Part shown: piece by piece, positions 19,493-30,300 of the stretch
How positions within the stretch are numbered: position 1 is the first letter of the stretch
Layout: every line of letters begins with the position of its first letter
Origin: Candidatus Cloacimonadales bacterium
GTDB lineage: Bacteria; Cloacimonadota; Cloacimonadia; Cloacimonadales; JAFGVF01
Direction of reading: 5' to 3'
Assembly (NCBI GenBank): GCA_963662585.1
Contig: OY759729.1
Span: forward strand, 160,001-224,000
Length of the DNA stretch: 64,000 bases
Made by a program: the position numbers and the translations under genes
Notes under the pieces: model-generated
Database searches by the model: none
The model's input: the letters and a program-made list of their open reading frames with translations, nothing else
What the model was told of the DNA's origin: nothing

Positions 19493-21220
19493 TTAATTAT
19501 TTTGATTTATCATTAATATCTGCCTAACTTGAGCTGCAAAGCTACTATTAGGGTATTGTGTTAAAAAATTTCGTGCCATATCTTTGGCATTTTGAGAATT
19601 CTCATCTTCTAAAAGAACTAATTGCAAAGCTGCGAAATCATGACAGAATCTATCATTGTAATTATAAGTAAGCAACTCTCGCGTTCTCATTAAATTATTA
19701 TTAGCTTTATTTAACATAGCATTTCTAATCCTAAAATACTCATTTTGTGTTGATTTAAAAATCTCTTGATAAAGTGAATCAGCCTCTTCAGTTAAATTTA
19801 GTTTTTCACTTCGATAAGCGTCAAGAAAAAGATTTTTATCTTTTGCACTTAGTGCTTTTAGGATATATTTCAATTCTAACATTTCTATAGTTAAATCAGA
19901 TTCAGGTGCTTGAATAATTAACTCTGTAGCAAGCGAATCAGCTTGAGCTCCACCCTGAAAAGTTTCATATAGATAGTAGTTAAAAAAGTAATTCTCTTTA
20001 TAACCATAACGGCCTAACTCATCCAGAATTTTCTTGGCCTGGGGGTACTCTTGCTTTAAGATTTTATAATAACTAAACTTGGCTTTAACAATTTGTTTTT
20101 GATTACTAGTGAAAGCATAATCTTCAGCTTTTTCTAAGAAGAATTCATATTTATCAGACAGCTTTCTGTTGCGATTAACTATCTCAGCCTTCAATAAGTA
20201 AGTTTCAAACAGAGCATTCCTTTTGTATTTATCATTAAAGTCGCCCTCGATAATATTGTTTAACAAAGAATCAGCTTCAGCAAAAGTTCCACTCTCAACC
20301 ATCATTCTTGCAAAATCAAGAGTACTATTAACGACAAGATTCAAGTCATCTTCTTTTTCCAAAGTTTTTTCAAATAATAACTTACTAATATGATACTTTT
20401 TTAATCTTCCAAACTGGATTGCCTTAGTTCGAATATCTTTAGCTTCATATTTATCTAATATAGCAAAAGCAGTTTCTTCTCTTCCTGTATTTAATAAAGC
20501 ATCTACAAAAGCATTTACTATTGATGATGAAGCATTATTTTTAGGAATTTGGATCTTATCGCTATCAGTACCAAAATACTCGATAAGAGTTAGGATAGAA
20601 TCTGGAGATTCAGTTATTATCCGTCTAATCTTATACTCAGATTGACTTTTATTACCGATATTATTTTCGATAGCTATTAAGTAATATCGTATAGCGCTAT
20701 CAAAGTTTCTTTCAAAGTAGTAGGATTCTGCAATATCATAAGCAAACTGATTAGGATATAGTCTATCTCCAGCTTGGAATATTTCAGAAGCTTGAGGATA
20801 GGCACGATATCTCTGAAGTAAAGAACCCAGAGCTTTGTATTCAGATTGACTGTTATTATCTTTTAAATATTCTTGAGTTTTAGCTAAAGCAAGTTCATAG
20901 TTTTTTTCTATTAACAGGAAAGTAATTTGATATTGGATCTTTTTTGAGACTGGTAATAAATCACCTTTAGCTTGTAAAAGTTCAGCTCCTTCTTTTCCTT
21001 TATTACTGCTCACGAAGTAATCTAATGAAGCCGTAATCACATCAAGATCTTTAGGAAATTTGTTTAGAGCTTCTTGATAGAGTTCTTCTGCTAAGGAATA
21101 TTTTCTCACTTTTATCATATCTGAAGCATTTTTCAAGAGAATCTTTTTCTCATCATATTGAGCAAACAAGCTAGTGCTGAGAATCATAAATATCAATATC
21201 AGAATTAATTTATATTTCAT
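19493..21220 (-). CDS. Exported tetratricopeptide-repeat protein
   Basis: Signal peptide (SLFA|Q), helical TPR-like repeats, C-terminal FLTQYPNSSFA. Confidence 0.75.
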   Translation of the reverse strand: MKYKLILILIFMILSTSLFAQYDEKKILLKNASDMIKVRKYSLAEELYQEALNKFPKDLDVITASLDYFVSSNKGKEGAELLQAKGDLLPVSKKIQYQITFLLIEKNYELALAKTQEYLKDNNSQSEYKALGSLLQRYRAYPQASEIFQAGDRLYPNQFAYDIAESYYFERNFDSAIRYYLIAIENNIGNKSQSEYKIRRIITESPDSILTLIEYFGTDSDKIQIPKNNASSSIVNAFVDALLNTGREETAFAILDKYEAKDIRTKAIQFGRLKKYHISKLLFEKTLEKEDDLNLVVNSTLDFARMMVESGTFAEADSLLNNIIEGDFNDKYKRNALFETYLLKAEIVNRNRKLSDKYEFFLEKAEDYAFTSNQKQIVKAKFSYYKILKQEYPQAKKILDELGRYGYKENYFFNYYLYETFQGGAQADSLATELIIQAPESDLTIEMLELKYILKALSAKDKNLFLDAYRSEKLNLTEEADSLYQEIFKSTQNEYFRIRNAMLNKANNNLMRTRELLTYNYNDRFCHDFAALQLVLLEDENSQNAKDMARNFLTQYPNSSFAAQVRQILMINQNN

Positions 21221-21221
21221 A

Positions 21222-24200
21222 TTAGTTCCTATTTAGTCTTTTTAGATATTCAAGAATTATCTTCTGATACTCTTTGGAATAATTTCTATATTCCTCTTCA
21301 AGTAAAGCATTATTCTCCAGTTCCTTAAATCTCATTTCGATGTCTTCAGGAGTCTCCCATAATTTATCTTCAGCTTCTTGGCCTTTTCTCTTCTGGCTCT
21401 GGTCTTTTTTATTAATAGATTTAGTAGCTTCTAACATTCTGGAAAGAATATTCTCTTGTTGCTTCAAAAGCTCTTGATCCATCTTATTGAAACGGAGTTT
21501 ATTAGAAACACTTTCAAGCTCTTCAACAAGTCGGTCTAAACCGGCAGCTTGTTTTTGGGCCTGAGGATTAGTTTGAATCATTCTTTTAATATTCTCAGCT
21601 AATCTATTTTCATCAGCTGACATCTGTCTCATCTGACCTCTCATCTCATTAGAAAGTTGAGGTTTCCCCTCACCTAACTGTTGCATCATTTGTTGAGCTA
21701 ACATATTCATTGCCATTTGTTGCTGACCCATCTGTTGCATCTGTTTCATAAAGTCTTGCATTCCGCCAGAACCACCACCCTGCTGATTACTATCGTCTAA
21801 AAGTAGAGAGAAGACCATAGAGTTTAGTCCGGATTGTATCTCTGTCATATTATTCTTAGCAGTATAGACTTTATTATCTCCAATATCTTGGAATAGTTTA
21901 TTATAGCCTGACATAGTATTTGATAAATCAAGCATAAATTTAGGGTTTAAAGATAACATTACTTCAGGAACTGAGAAAAATTTACGCAGAGAAATATTAA
22001 GCATTTCATGTTGAGTTATCAGCTTTTCAAAAATCATAAATGGATCTGATTCCATCTCAACAAATAAATCTCTATGTCCTCCTGTAAAGAACAATAATTC
22101 TTTGATTAAAGTATCTTTTGCCTCTTCAGCCTCTTTACTCTTGATACTGTTCATCATACTTTGCATACTTAACATCGCTTGAGCCATTTGGTCCATCTTA
22201 GAAAGCATTTGTTCTTGAGAGCTCTTAGTTTCGCTACTCTCATTATTCTGCATCTGTTGTGAGATATTATCCATTTGATGAGCCATTTGCTCCATATCAA
22301 CCTCACTCTGCATCTTACTGAGCTCATCCTTTACTGCTTTATCGGAAGGTGAGTTTAGCATATCTGAAAGTTTCTTCATCTCTTCTTGAATATCTGCTAA
22401 TTTATCTTTTATATCTTCTTGTTCTTTAGCTAAATCAGCTCCATCTTTACTGGCATCGCTCTTTTCTAGCAAGGCTTCTTGCATCTCTTTCATTTCTTGA
22501 GTAAGACCAAGTAGTTTTTCCAAACTCTGATTTTTCTTTAATTGTTCTAGCATCTTGAGAGTCTGTTCTAACTTATCATTAAACTCTTCCATAGAGAATT
22601 TCATTTCTTCTAAAGCTTGTTTAAAATCTTCTTTAGTTAGTTCAGACATCTGATCTTTCATTTTCTTCATCAGCTCTTGCATTTCAGAAGAGTTTATATC
22701 TTCCATTAGTTCTTTTATCTTCTCCATCTTCTGCAAGGTCTCTTGAGTTAGAGCTTCATTCTTAGTAGCTTCTTGAATCATCTCTTGCATCTTTTCAATA
22801 GATTTTTCTACATTCTGAGAAAGTTCTTCCTGTTGAGAAAGCATATTATTGACTTCTTCTTTATCCTGCCACTCTAACTCATCTTTCTTCAGCAATTCTC
22901 TTCGCTTCTTTTCAAACTCTTCTTGTAATACTTCAGACTCCTTTAAGGTCTTATTCATTAGTTCATTTTGCTGATTTTCTACCATTTCCATATCTTGAAA
23001 AATCTCTTGTAAAGTTGGTAATCTTAGGGTAACTTTATCACTCTCAACCCTATGCTTTTTGCCTAAGTTATCCTCAATTGAAGCCCAGAAAGTAACTTCA
23101 TCACCAGGGAACATCTTATACTTAGAAATATCTAACTGCATGGAGTAATTATAAATTTTGTTATTTATAGTAGCAAAAAGTAAAGTATCCACTGTAATAG
23201 TAGAGTTAAGTTGATAATACAGCTTAAGATTTTGTAAGCCATAATCATCACTAAGTTTGATAGTAAGAGGAATGATTTGATTTTTATCCATTTTCCCTTT
23301 AGGAGGATAATCAGCTAGAAGAATCTCAGGCTTTAAGTCTGGTATAACTGTTATGCTTTTCTGCGGAGAAGTATATTCATCATCATAATTATTGATAATT
23401 TTAATTTGATAGTTGTTAGAATTTTTGAGTATAAAATTAAAAAGTGTTACCTTAGATCCAGCATTTTCTCCTTTTAGAGAACTAGCATCAGGATAGATCA
23501 TCCAAGCATCTTTTACAAGACTATTAGTAGTTACTAAGAGCTTTATTTTTGTCCCTTCAAGAGCACTTATATTTCCCAACATTAGAGTATCTTCTTCCGA
23601 CTCTAGTCTGCTATAAGCAGGGTATTCATAGATAACTTTTATCTCATTAACTGCTATGCGATCATAGACAGTAATCTTATGAATATCTGTCTTAAAGTGT
23701 TGATTAGAAAGATAATATTCAAGAGAGTAATCTAATCTTTCCAGAATATAGCTATCAGAAGTTAAAGGGATATTGCGCCATTTCTCTTCTCTTTTAAGAC
23801 TAATCTGATATTCAAATTGGGGATTATAATTCAATATTTTAATTTCAACATCTTGGTTGGTAACCAGTGTAGTATCTCCAGGAGTAAATTGAATAGTGTA
23901 ATCAAGCTCTTGTCTTGGCATTGAATTTAAATAGAAACTCTGCCAAGTAGCCTTAAAATTCCCTATAAACAGGGTAACTAAGATTATATTTCCAATTAAG
24001 AGGAATAAGTAAAAAGCTAGGTACTTCTTAGGGATTAATGAAGGATATAGCAAAGTAGTTGAATCTACTTTTTGATCACTTCGCTCGATAATCTTCTTAA
24101 TAAAGGGATTTGCTTTATCTTCGCTTTCAGCATTAACTAGTTCTAAGCTTGAAAGAAAAGTATCATCTTTATCTTGATTAATTTCATCAATTAATTTTGC

Positions 24201-24452
24201 CGCTTTATGATTATTAAGAAAACGCTCTTTGGCAGTAAAGATTATGTAGATAATTAATAAAGCCCCTGTTACCCTGAGAGTTAAGGCTGTATAAAATAAT
24301 TCTAATTGATGACCCTCTACCAAGTTGTAGGCAACATTAAATATCTGGAAAAGAGTTAATATCAGAAGTATAACCTCTAACGCTAACCTACCACCTAAGA
24401 TATTGTTATATCTCTTTTTGTAATCTTCAATAAGTTTTTGAAATCTATGCAT
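21222..24452 (-). CDS. Large membrane-anchored coiled-coil protein (DUF4175-like)
   Basis: 3 N-terminal TMs, beta-rich region with SDDYGL, long Q/M/E-rich coiled coil, QQENILSRMLEA. Confidence 0.75.
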   Translation of the reverse strand: MHRFQKLIEDYKKRYNNILGGRLALEVILLILTLFQIFNVAYNLVEGHQLELFYTALTLRVTGALLIIYIIFTAKERFLNNHKAAKLIDEINQDKDDTFLSSLELVNAESEDKANPFIKKIIERSDQKVDSTTLLYPSLIPKKYLAFYLFLLIGNIILVTLFIGNFKATWQSFYLNSMPRQELDYTIQFTPGDTTLVTNQDVEIKILNYNPQFEYQISLKREEKWRNIPLTSDSYILERLDYSLEYYLSNQHFKTDIHKITVYDRIAVNEIKVIYEYPAYSRLESEEDTLMLGNISALEGTKIKLLVTTNSLVKDAWMIYPDASSLKGENAGSKVTLFNFILKNSNNYQIKIINNYDDEYTSPQKSITVIPDLKPEILLADYPPKGKMDKNQIIPLTIKLSDDYGLQNLKLYYQLNSTITVDTLLFATINNKIYNYSMQLDISKYKMFPGDEVTFWASIEDNLGKKHRVESDKVTLRLPTLQEIFQDMEMVENQQNELMNKTLKESEVLQEEFEKKRRELLKKDELEWQDKEEVNNMLSQQEELSQNVEKSIEKMQEMIQEATKNEALTQETLQKMEKIKELMEDINSSEMQELMKKMKDQMSELTKEDFKQALEEMKFSMEEFNDKLEQTLKMLEQLKKNQSLEKLLGLTQEMKEMQEALLEKSDASKDGADLAKEQEDIKDKLADIQEEMKKLSDMLNSPSDKAVKDELSKMQSEVDMEQMAHQMDNISQQMQNNESSETKSSQEQMLSKMDQMAQAMLSMQSMMNSIKSKEAEEAKDTLIKELLFFTGGHRDLFVEMESDPFMIFEKLITQHEMLNISLRKFFSVPEVMLSLNPKFMLDLSNTMSGYNKLFQDIGDNKVYTAKNNMTEIQSGLNSMVFSLLLDDSNQQGGGSGGMQDFMKQMQQMGQQQMAMNMLAQQMMQQLGEGKPQLSNEMRGQMRQMSADENRLAENIKRMIQTNPQAQKQAAGLDRLVEELESVSNKLRFNKMDQELLKQQENILSRMLEATKSINKKDQSQKRKGQEAEDKLWETPEDIEMRFKELENNALLEEEYRNYSKEYQKIILEYLKRLNRN

Positions 24453-24535
24453 TACAACCCTTTATTATTTTTTATCATTAACATTTAGATAGATAATTCC
24501 GTCAAGTTTTTATGTAAGATATTGATAATTAATTT

Positions 24536-25423
24536 CTAACTAGTTAAACTAGTAAAGAGAAAAAGACTTCCTAAAAGAATCAAAAGCGAAGAACCAATGA
24601 TTGTCATAACTCGAGAAATTCTCTTTATATTTCCTTGATTGGCAAGAGTTAAGGTAGCCATCGACTTTACGAATAGGGTAAGACTATTCAAGGCAATTAG
24701 CGTAAATGCCATTCCCAAAGCCATTGCTAAAACCATTAGTAGCCCAGTGGAATAAACACCCATTTTCATAGCATAAACGGCGATTATTATAGAACCTGGA
24801 CAGGGAACAAATCCAATCATAATAGCAGTAACAAAGAGATTCCTTCCTTGATGAGTATGCTTTTGCTCTTCTGTCTTGCTAAATATCGCTTTAAGTAATA
24901 TAAAGAAACCCAATCCAATCAGAATCACAAAAGATATATTCTGGGCTATTATTGAGAACTTAGCTGATTCCCTAAATAGACTCATACTCATTACTTTTAA
25001 AATTGCTACTAAAGTTAAACCTGAAAGAGAGTGTAAAAAAGCAAAGACTAAACTCGAAGCTATTATTGCACCATACTTGACCTCTGAGCCTAGTACTTGA
25101 CTTACCAAAAACACTTTACCGTGTCCAGGTCCTATCGAATGAACTATTCCGTACAAAAAAGCAATTCCCAAGGCTATAAAAAGAACTTTCTTACTTCTGT
25201 TACTCTTAAATTCTCTTAGAGTCTTTGAAATATTCTGCCTTAAATCTCTCTGTTGTTCTGTATTCTTTTCTAAAAAGCTCTTTTCACTAACCTGCTGAGT
25301 TACTTGCTTTTCTTCTCCTACTTGAGTTTCTAGATCTCTTCTAGTGTTGAACTCTCGACTAAACTGCCCTGATAGGGATATAATAAAAAATAGTAGTGCT
25401 AATAGAAATAATCTCTTCATCAA
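24536..25423 (-). CDS. NiCoT/RcnA-like Ni/Co/Zn transporter (ZevB-like)
   Basis: YGIVHSIGPGHGK and GFVPCPGS motifs, multiple TMs. Confidence 0.9.
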   Translation of the reverse strand: MMKRLFLLALLFFIISLSGQFSREFNTRRDLETQVGEEKQVTQQVSEKSFLEKNTEQQRDLRQNISKTLREFKSNRSKKVLFIALGIAFLYGIVHSIGPGHGKVFLVSQVLGSEVKYGAIIASSLVFAFLHSLSGLTLVAILKVMSMSLFRESAKFSIIAQNISFVILIGLGFFILLKAIFSKTEEQKHTHQGRNLFVTAIMIGFVPCPGSIIIAVYAMKMGVYSTGLLMVLAMALGMAFTLIALNSLTLFVKSMATLTLANQGNIKRISRVMTIIGSSLLILLGSLFLFTSLTS

Positions 25424-26019
25424 TTATCCTTATTCAAAGTTAACTTAACTTCTAAAGGACTCAACTGTCCTAAATAATAAGATTTTTCTTTATTCTCATA
25501 GACTTCCAAAGAATAGTTAATATCATCTGTTTTGATAACTTTTAAACCAGAATCAGCATTTACGAAAAACTTTGTATAAAATTCTCTGTCATATACATTA
25601 ACTTTGATTACTTCTTGTGATTCAGTAAAATTAAAAGGAACCTTAATATCAAACTTGTAATAGACATATATATCATCTGTTCCAACTGTAAAATTATAGA
25701 TCTCATCCATAATAATAAGCTTATCATTTATAACTAAATCTGTGTAAAAGCGTTTTTCCTTCAATCCTGGAATTACACAAGATTTAAGCTCTTCTAATTC
25801 GCTAGGACAAATTACTTCATCACAATTTGAATCAAAATCCTCTAAGATAATCATACTAGTTAAATCATCAAACATCCACCTCTGTCTTATAACTAAAGTA
25901 TCTTGTTTGGTTAAGTCATAATCTATATCTACCCCAGCAAATAAATGTGGATGGGCTAGCAATATGCCATTTATGCTTAATAATAATATTAATAATATAC
26001 TCTTCTTAAATATTTTCAT
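25420..26019 (-). CDS. DUF1007 family periplasmic metal-binding protein (ZevA-like)
   Basis: Signal peptide then HPHLF, WMFDDLTS, VYDREFY; paired with NiCoT gene. Confidence 0.85.
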   Translation of the reverse strand: MKIFKKSILLILLLSINGILLAHPHLFAGVDIDYDLTKQDTLVIRQRWMFDDLTSMIILEDFDSNCDEVICPSELEELKSCVIPGLKEKRFYTDLVINDKLIIMDEIYNFTVGTDDIYVYYKFDIKVPFNFTESQEVIKVNVYDREFYTKFFVNADSGLKVIKTDDINYSLEVYENKEKSYYLGQLSPLEVKLTLNKDN

Positions 26020-26115
26020 AAAACCTCTTTTGCGTAAAATATTTCAACTCTCTTAGAGGTCAAGAAAATTCACTATTAAAAATGCCAGAGACCTAAAATA
26101 GAACACAGATACAAC

Positions 26116-27079
26116 TAACAGGGGTTACGGACCTTTAGTCCGTGAATCTTAAATTATGGAATGGAAGCGTCCCTGCTTCCATCAGGCTGTATTTCACCTG
26201 CTCTTATCTTTTCTGGCGACACGGAGGTCCCCAGTCCATAGGCCCCTGTTTCCATTAACTGGGGTTACGGACCTTTAGTCCGTGAATCTTAAACTCCCCT
26301 CTTTAGTGCTGAAAGCACGCTAAAAGAGGGGTGGCATCGAAGATGACGGGGTGTTTCTTCTTAAATCCCCCTCCGTGAGGGGGACACAGGGGGTGTTTCC
26401 TATGAAATGGAAGCGTCTCCGCTTCCAGTTGGCGACGCGGAGGTCCCCAGTCCATAGGCCCCTGCTCCCATTAACTGGGGATACGGACCTTTAGTCCGTG
26501 AATCTTAAACTCCCCTCTTTAGTGCTGAAAGCACGCTAAAAGAGGGGTGGCATCGAAGATGACGGGGTGTTTCTTCTTAAATCCTCCTCCGTGAGGGGGA
26601 CACAGAGGGTGTTTCCTATGAACTGAAAGCATCCCTGCTTCCAGTTGGCGACGCGGAGGTCCCCAGTCCATAGGCCCCTGCTTCCATTAACTGGGGTTAC
26701 GGACCTTTAGTCCGTGAATTTTAAATTAAGGAATGGCAGTTTAATCTGGTACATTTTCAACACCCCACCTGCTTCGCAGGCACCCCTCTTCTCCAGAGGG
26801 GACTTAAATACCTCGCGTTCTAGATCTCTTAAACTCCCCACTTTAGTGCTGAAAGCACGCTAAAAGAGAGGTAACTGCGAAGCAGCTCTTAACTGGGAAA
26901 GTGAGCATCTTGCTCGCACCACGCACTAGCGTGGTAGATTACTTTATTTCTGGTATTTCTAGATTTTTAAGCAATTTTACGGAGTAGCGACTTCCGACAG
27001 AAAATTTCTTTCGTCCGAAGTCCCTTGCCTACGGCTGAGGAACTCCGGTCTTCAGGGTGTCCACTATCCGACAGAAGAA
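26116..27079. repeat. Left mosaic array of REP-like palindromes: 216-bp tandem unit (~2.4 copies, 26214-26725), then a 347-bp block
   Basis: GGGGTTACGGACCTTTAGTCCGTGAAT (one variant base in the third copy) at 26121, 26261, 26477, 26693; TGGCGAC at 26214, 26430, 26646; many short hairpins; GC-richer than flanks. Confidence 0.95.
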
Positions 27080-27360
27080 GGCAAAGATTTCGCCTCTATG
27101 GAACTTTGAAATGAACCTCTTCTGCCGGATTGCATGCACCTTGCATGCGAAATTCCTTATAAAAATTTGATTTTATCCTTTCTTTGTTGTTTATTTACCA
27201 AATTGAATAATTCGAAAGGCCTTTCGTAATCACCTTCATCTAAATAAAGTTCATACTCACTTTCTTTATGGCTAATCATACGCACACCATTTACCTTAAA
27301 AAAAATATTCATTTAGGCTCTTTTGTAATAATTTTATTTATTATAATCAATGACAGTCCC

Positions 27361-30300
27361 TCATTCCCACTCAATCTCCACTTCATCTTCTACTTTTTTC
27401 TTCTTAGACTTCTTATTCTTCTTATAAGAAACTGTCGTTTCCTTCAAACTCATATCTAGTTTCGCCTTCTCTTCCTCTTCATGAATCTTATGATTAAGCA
27501 ATAGCAATCTCTCCAAAACCTCTTTGCGTGCCTCAGGGGAAATAGTATAACGGATTCTATCATTTTCAGGTAGGTAGTCCACATCATAGAAATCGTGTGC
27601 TAAATCAATAGGCTTTTCATCTCCTGCTTCATCTGACCAACCATAGCCTGTAAGCACCAATTCATCCATTTCCTTATGTAATTTGCGTAATTCTATAATC
27701 CCACTAATAGCTGTCTGTAAATCACATGCTTTCTCTGTTTTGGCAAGATGATGCACTAACTCATAAAGAACTTTATTATACTTCTTTTGAAAGAGTTTAT
27801 TGGTTAGAGCATGATAATCTAGCTCTACTTCTAAACTGATTGCCAAGAGGTCATTATTTACTAAGGGATTATGAAATTGATTATAGGTCTTGGTTAAACC
27901 TAACTGAAGCTTCTGCATTAACTCTTGTCTGAATAGATGATATTGCTCACCTATTTTTTCTAACTTAGCCTCCATTTCTTCAGATAAAGATTGTGGAAAA
28001 GGGAAGGTTTGGAAAATGGAAGTTGGTATATATCTTAATCTTGATTCTAGAGTTGAACCATTTTTCCATGCCCACTCATTGTGTAGTAACGAGCTAAGAA
28101 TAGAATATTGTATATACCTGTAGAAAGTAAAAACAATACACATCATTGATATAACAATATTTGTGTTAATAAAATCTACCATTAGTAATTTTCCTGTTTG
28201 AGAGACTACCATAACCCTCTCCAAAGAAGCAATTGTTTGGTAGAGTGCTTTAGAATCTGCACCATACTGCCACCAAAAAGTATTTCTCTTCTTGTTAGTA
28301 GAATTTGCTTCTGGATTTAATTTATCTCTTTCTGGTTTTACTTTTTCTTTTAATATTTCTAAACACTCAGGAAAATCTTTAGCCACTGGATCAGAATAAT
28401 CAGGAGGTGCTAAAACTATATTCTTATCTTTTTTGATCTTATCTTGAATTTCTAACTGTTCTTTTCCAGACAGCTCATCCCATTCTTCTTGCGTTATTCT
28501 TCGAAGAGGCCAGTCAAAGAAGTTAATTACATAACGGTTAGGAGATTGATCAATAGAGGTATTTAGATCTTTTCCATTAAGATAGGGGAAAATAACTTTT
28601 TTATTGGCTGGATTTTGTTTTATTAACTCTTGAGCTTTTTCGGGAGTTAAGACAAATCCGTCACCTAAGACTATGGAACCTTGAAAACTCTTATCTTTAT
28701 TTTGCTCTAATTGATATGGTTCGCCTATAAAGACAGAATCATCTAAGTAGGAAGTAATTTGTTGAACAGGCTTCTTATCTAAGATATAGTTACTTTTCCA
28801 CTGACCTTTATAGATTGAAATAAGGGAAACTTCAACTGCGGCTAAGCCTGGCCATCTTCTGTTTCTGATGGCAAAGTTTATAGAACCACCTTTTTCATTG
28901 ATCACTGCTAATCCACCTTCTCTAGCTGCCCCTTGAGCAATAGTATTAGTAGAGATTAAAGCTTGAAAGCCTAAGGGTTTGATAAGTGTGTATATTCTTC
29001 TAAAGAAGTAGGTTACTAAGTCCACGCTACCAATAGGTGCATAGTTAGTTCTTATATAATTTGCAAAATCATTGCCGTAGTTTCCTGTAATTCTCTGTCC
29101 TCCTAAGAAGGGAGGATTACCAAGAATCACATCAAAACCATTTTGAGCAAATATTTCAGGGAACTCTAAGAACCAGTGGAAGAATCTTTTGTTTTGACTA
29201 ACTGCTTGGGCCTTGCCAACAGCTTGATAAAATATATTATTGCCATTATAGAGGGTTCGATAAGAAGAGTCAGTCATAAACATTTTCTCATTATCCTTAG
29301 TTTTTTCAATGAAGAACTGGGCAGTTATTACATCTGCTAGTACTTTTAGCTCTAACCAGTCTTCTTTTTCAATAATCTCTTTATAAAAACTCTCTTTCTC
29401 CTTAATTTGACTAGGATTGTTTTCAGGCATACTGTTGAGCCTAGCAAACTTTTGAGCAATACTGTCCATTTTATGAAACAAGGTAGTTTGAGAAGGGTCA
29501 TAGTTTTTCTTCTCTTTTTTGTTTCTATCTCTCAGTTCTTTGCATATATCTTTATCATCACCAGTTAATTTTTTAAAAGCCTCGTCAGCTATGCCTTGGT
29601 CTAAATCTTTAGCATGAGCTAAGCCCACAATAGCATTACCGCACTTAATCTTATTATCTAAGAAGTGGAGAGCTTGTCCTGGGACATGTGCTTCTAACCA
29701 GAGGGCTATTTTACAGAGTTTAACTGCCATAGGATTTAGGTCCACACCGTAGATACAAGAGGATATAACATCTCTAGTGGCAATACGAGCTTGGGAAGGA
29801 GTAGGTTGAGCTTCTCCTGACCTCACCTTAGCTAATTCGTAGGCTATGCGTCTGGCAGCATTCAGAAGAATATGTCCAGACCCACAGGCAACATCACAAA
29901 CTGTGATTGAAAGCAACTCTTCTTCGGGATTTGCTTCTTTTAGTTTATCTTCAATTATGTGTTCTAGGGAATTATCTATGAGAGGTTTTACTAATTCATC
30001 TGGTGTATAGTGGGAGCCTGAAGAGGCTCTTTCACTACTTTTCACTAAATTGAATTTGATAGGATTTGATGAGAGATTAAAGTCTCCAGAGTATTCTAAC
30101 AAGCCTTCATAAACAGAACCGAACTCTTCCACATTTAATCCTCCGTAATTTACCCTTATTTTCTGTTTAGTCTCTTTATCAAAGAAGAAACTGAGTTTAC
30201 GGATAGAAGTTAGGAGAGCTGAATTAGAGATTAAGGAATCATGTAATTTCCCTATAGCAGTAGCAATGAAGATGTCTCCTCCTAAAGGTTCAATATTCAT

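Noticed and set aside
21600..22900. Q/M/E-rich low-complexity stretch as a DNA repeat
   Set aside because: Protein-level coiled-coil bias with no exact nucleotide periodicity seen
26116..27079. CRISPR array interpretation of the left array (and of the 39.4-41.2 kb arrays)
   Set aside because: Sequence between recurring motifs is itself repeated (no unique spacers), periods are 125-216 bp, and no cas genes are present
27268..27459. 63-aa plus-strand ORF
   Set aside because: Antisense to the MTase 3' end; low-complexity shadow
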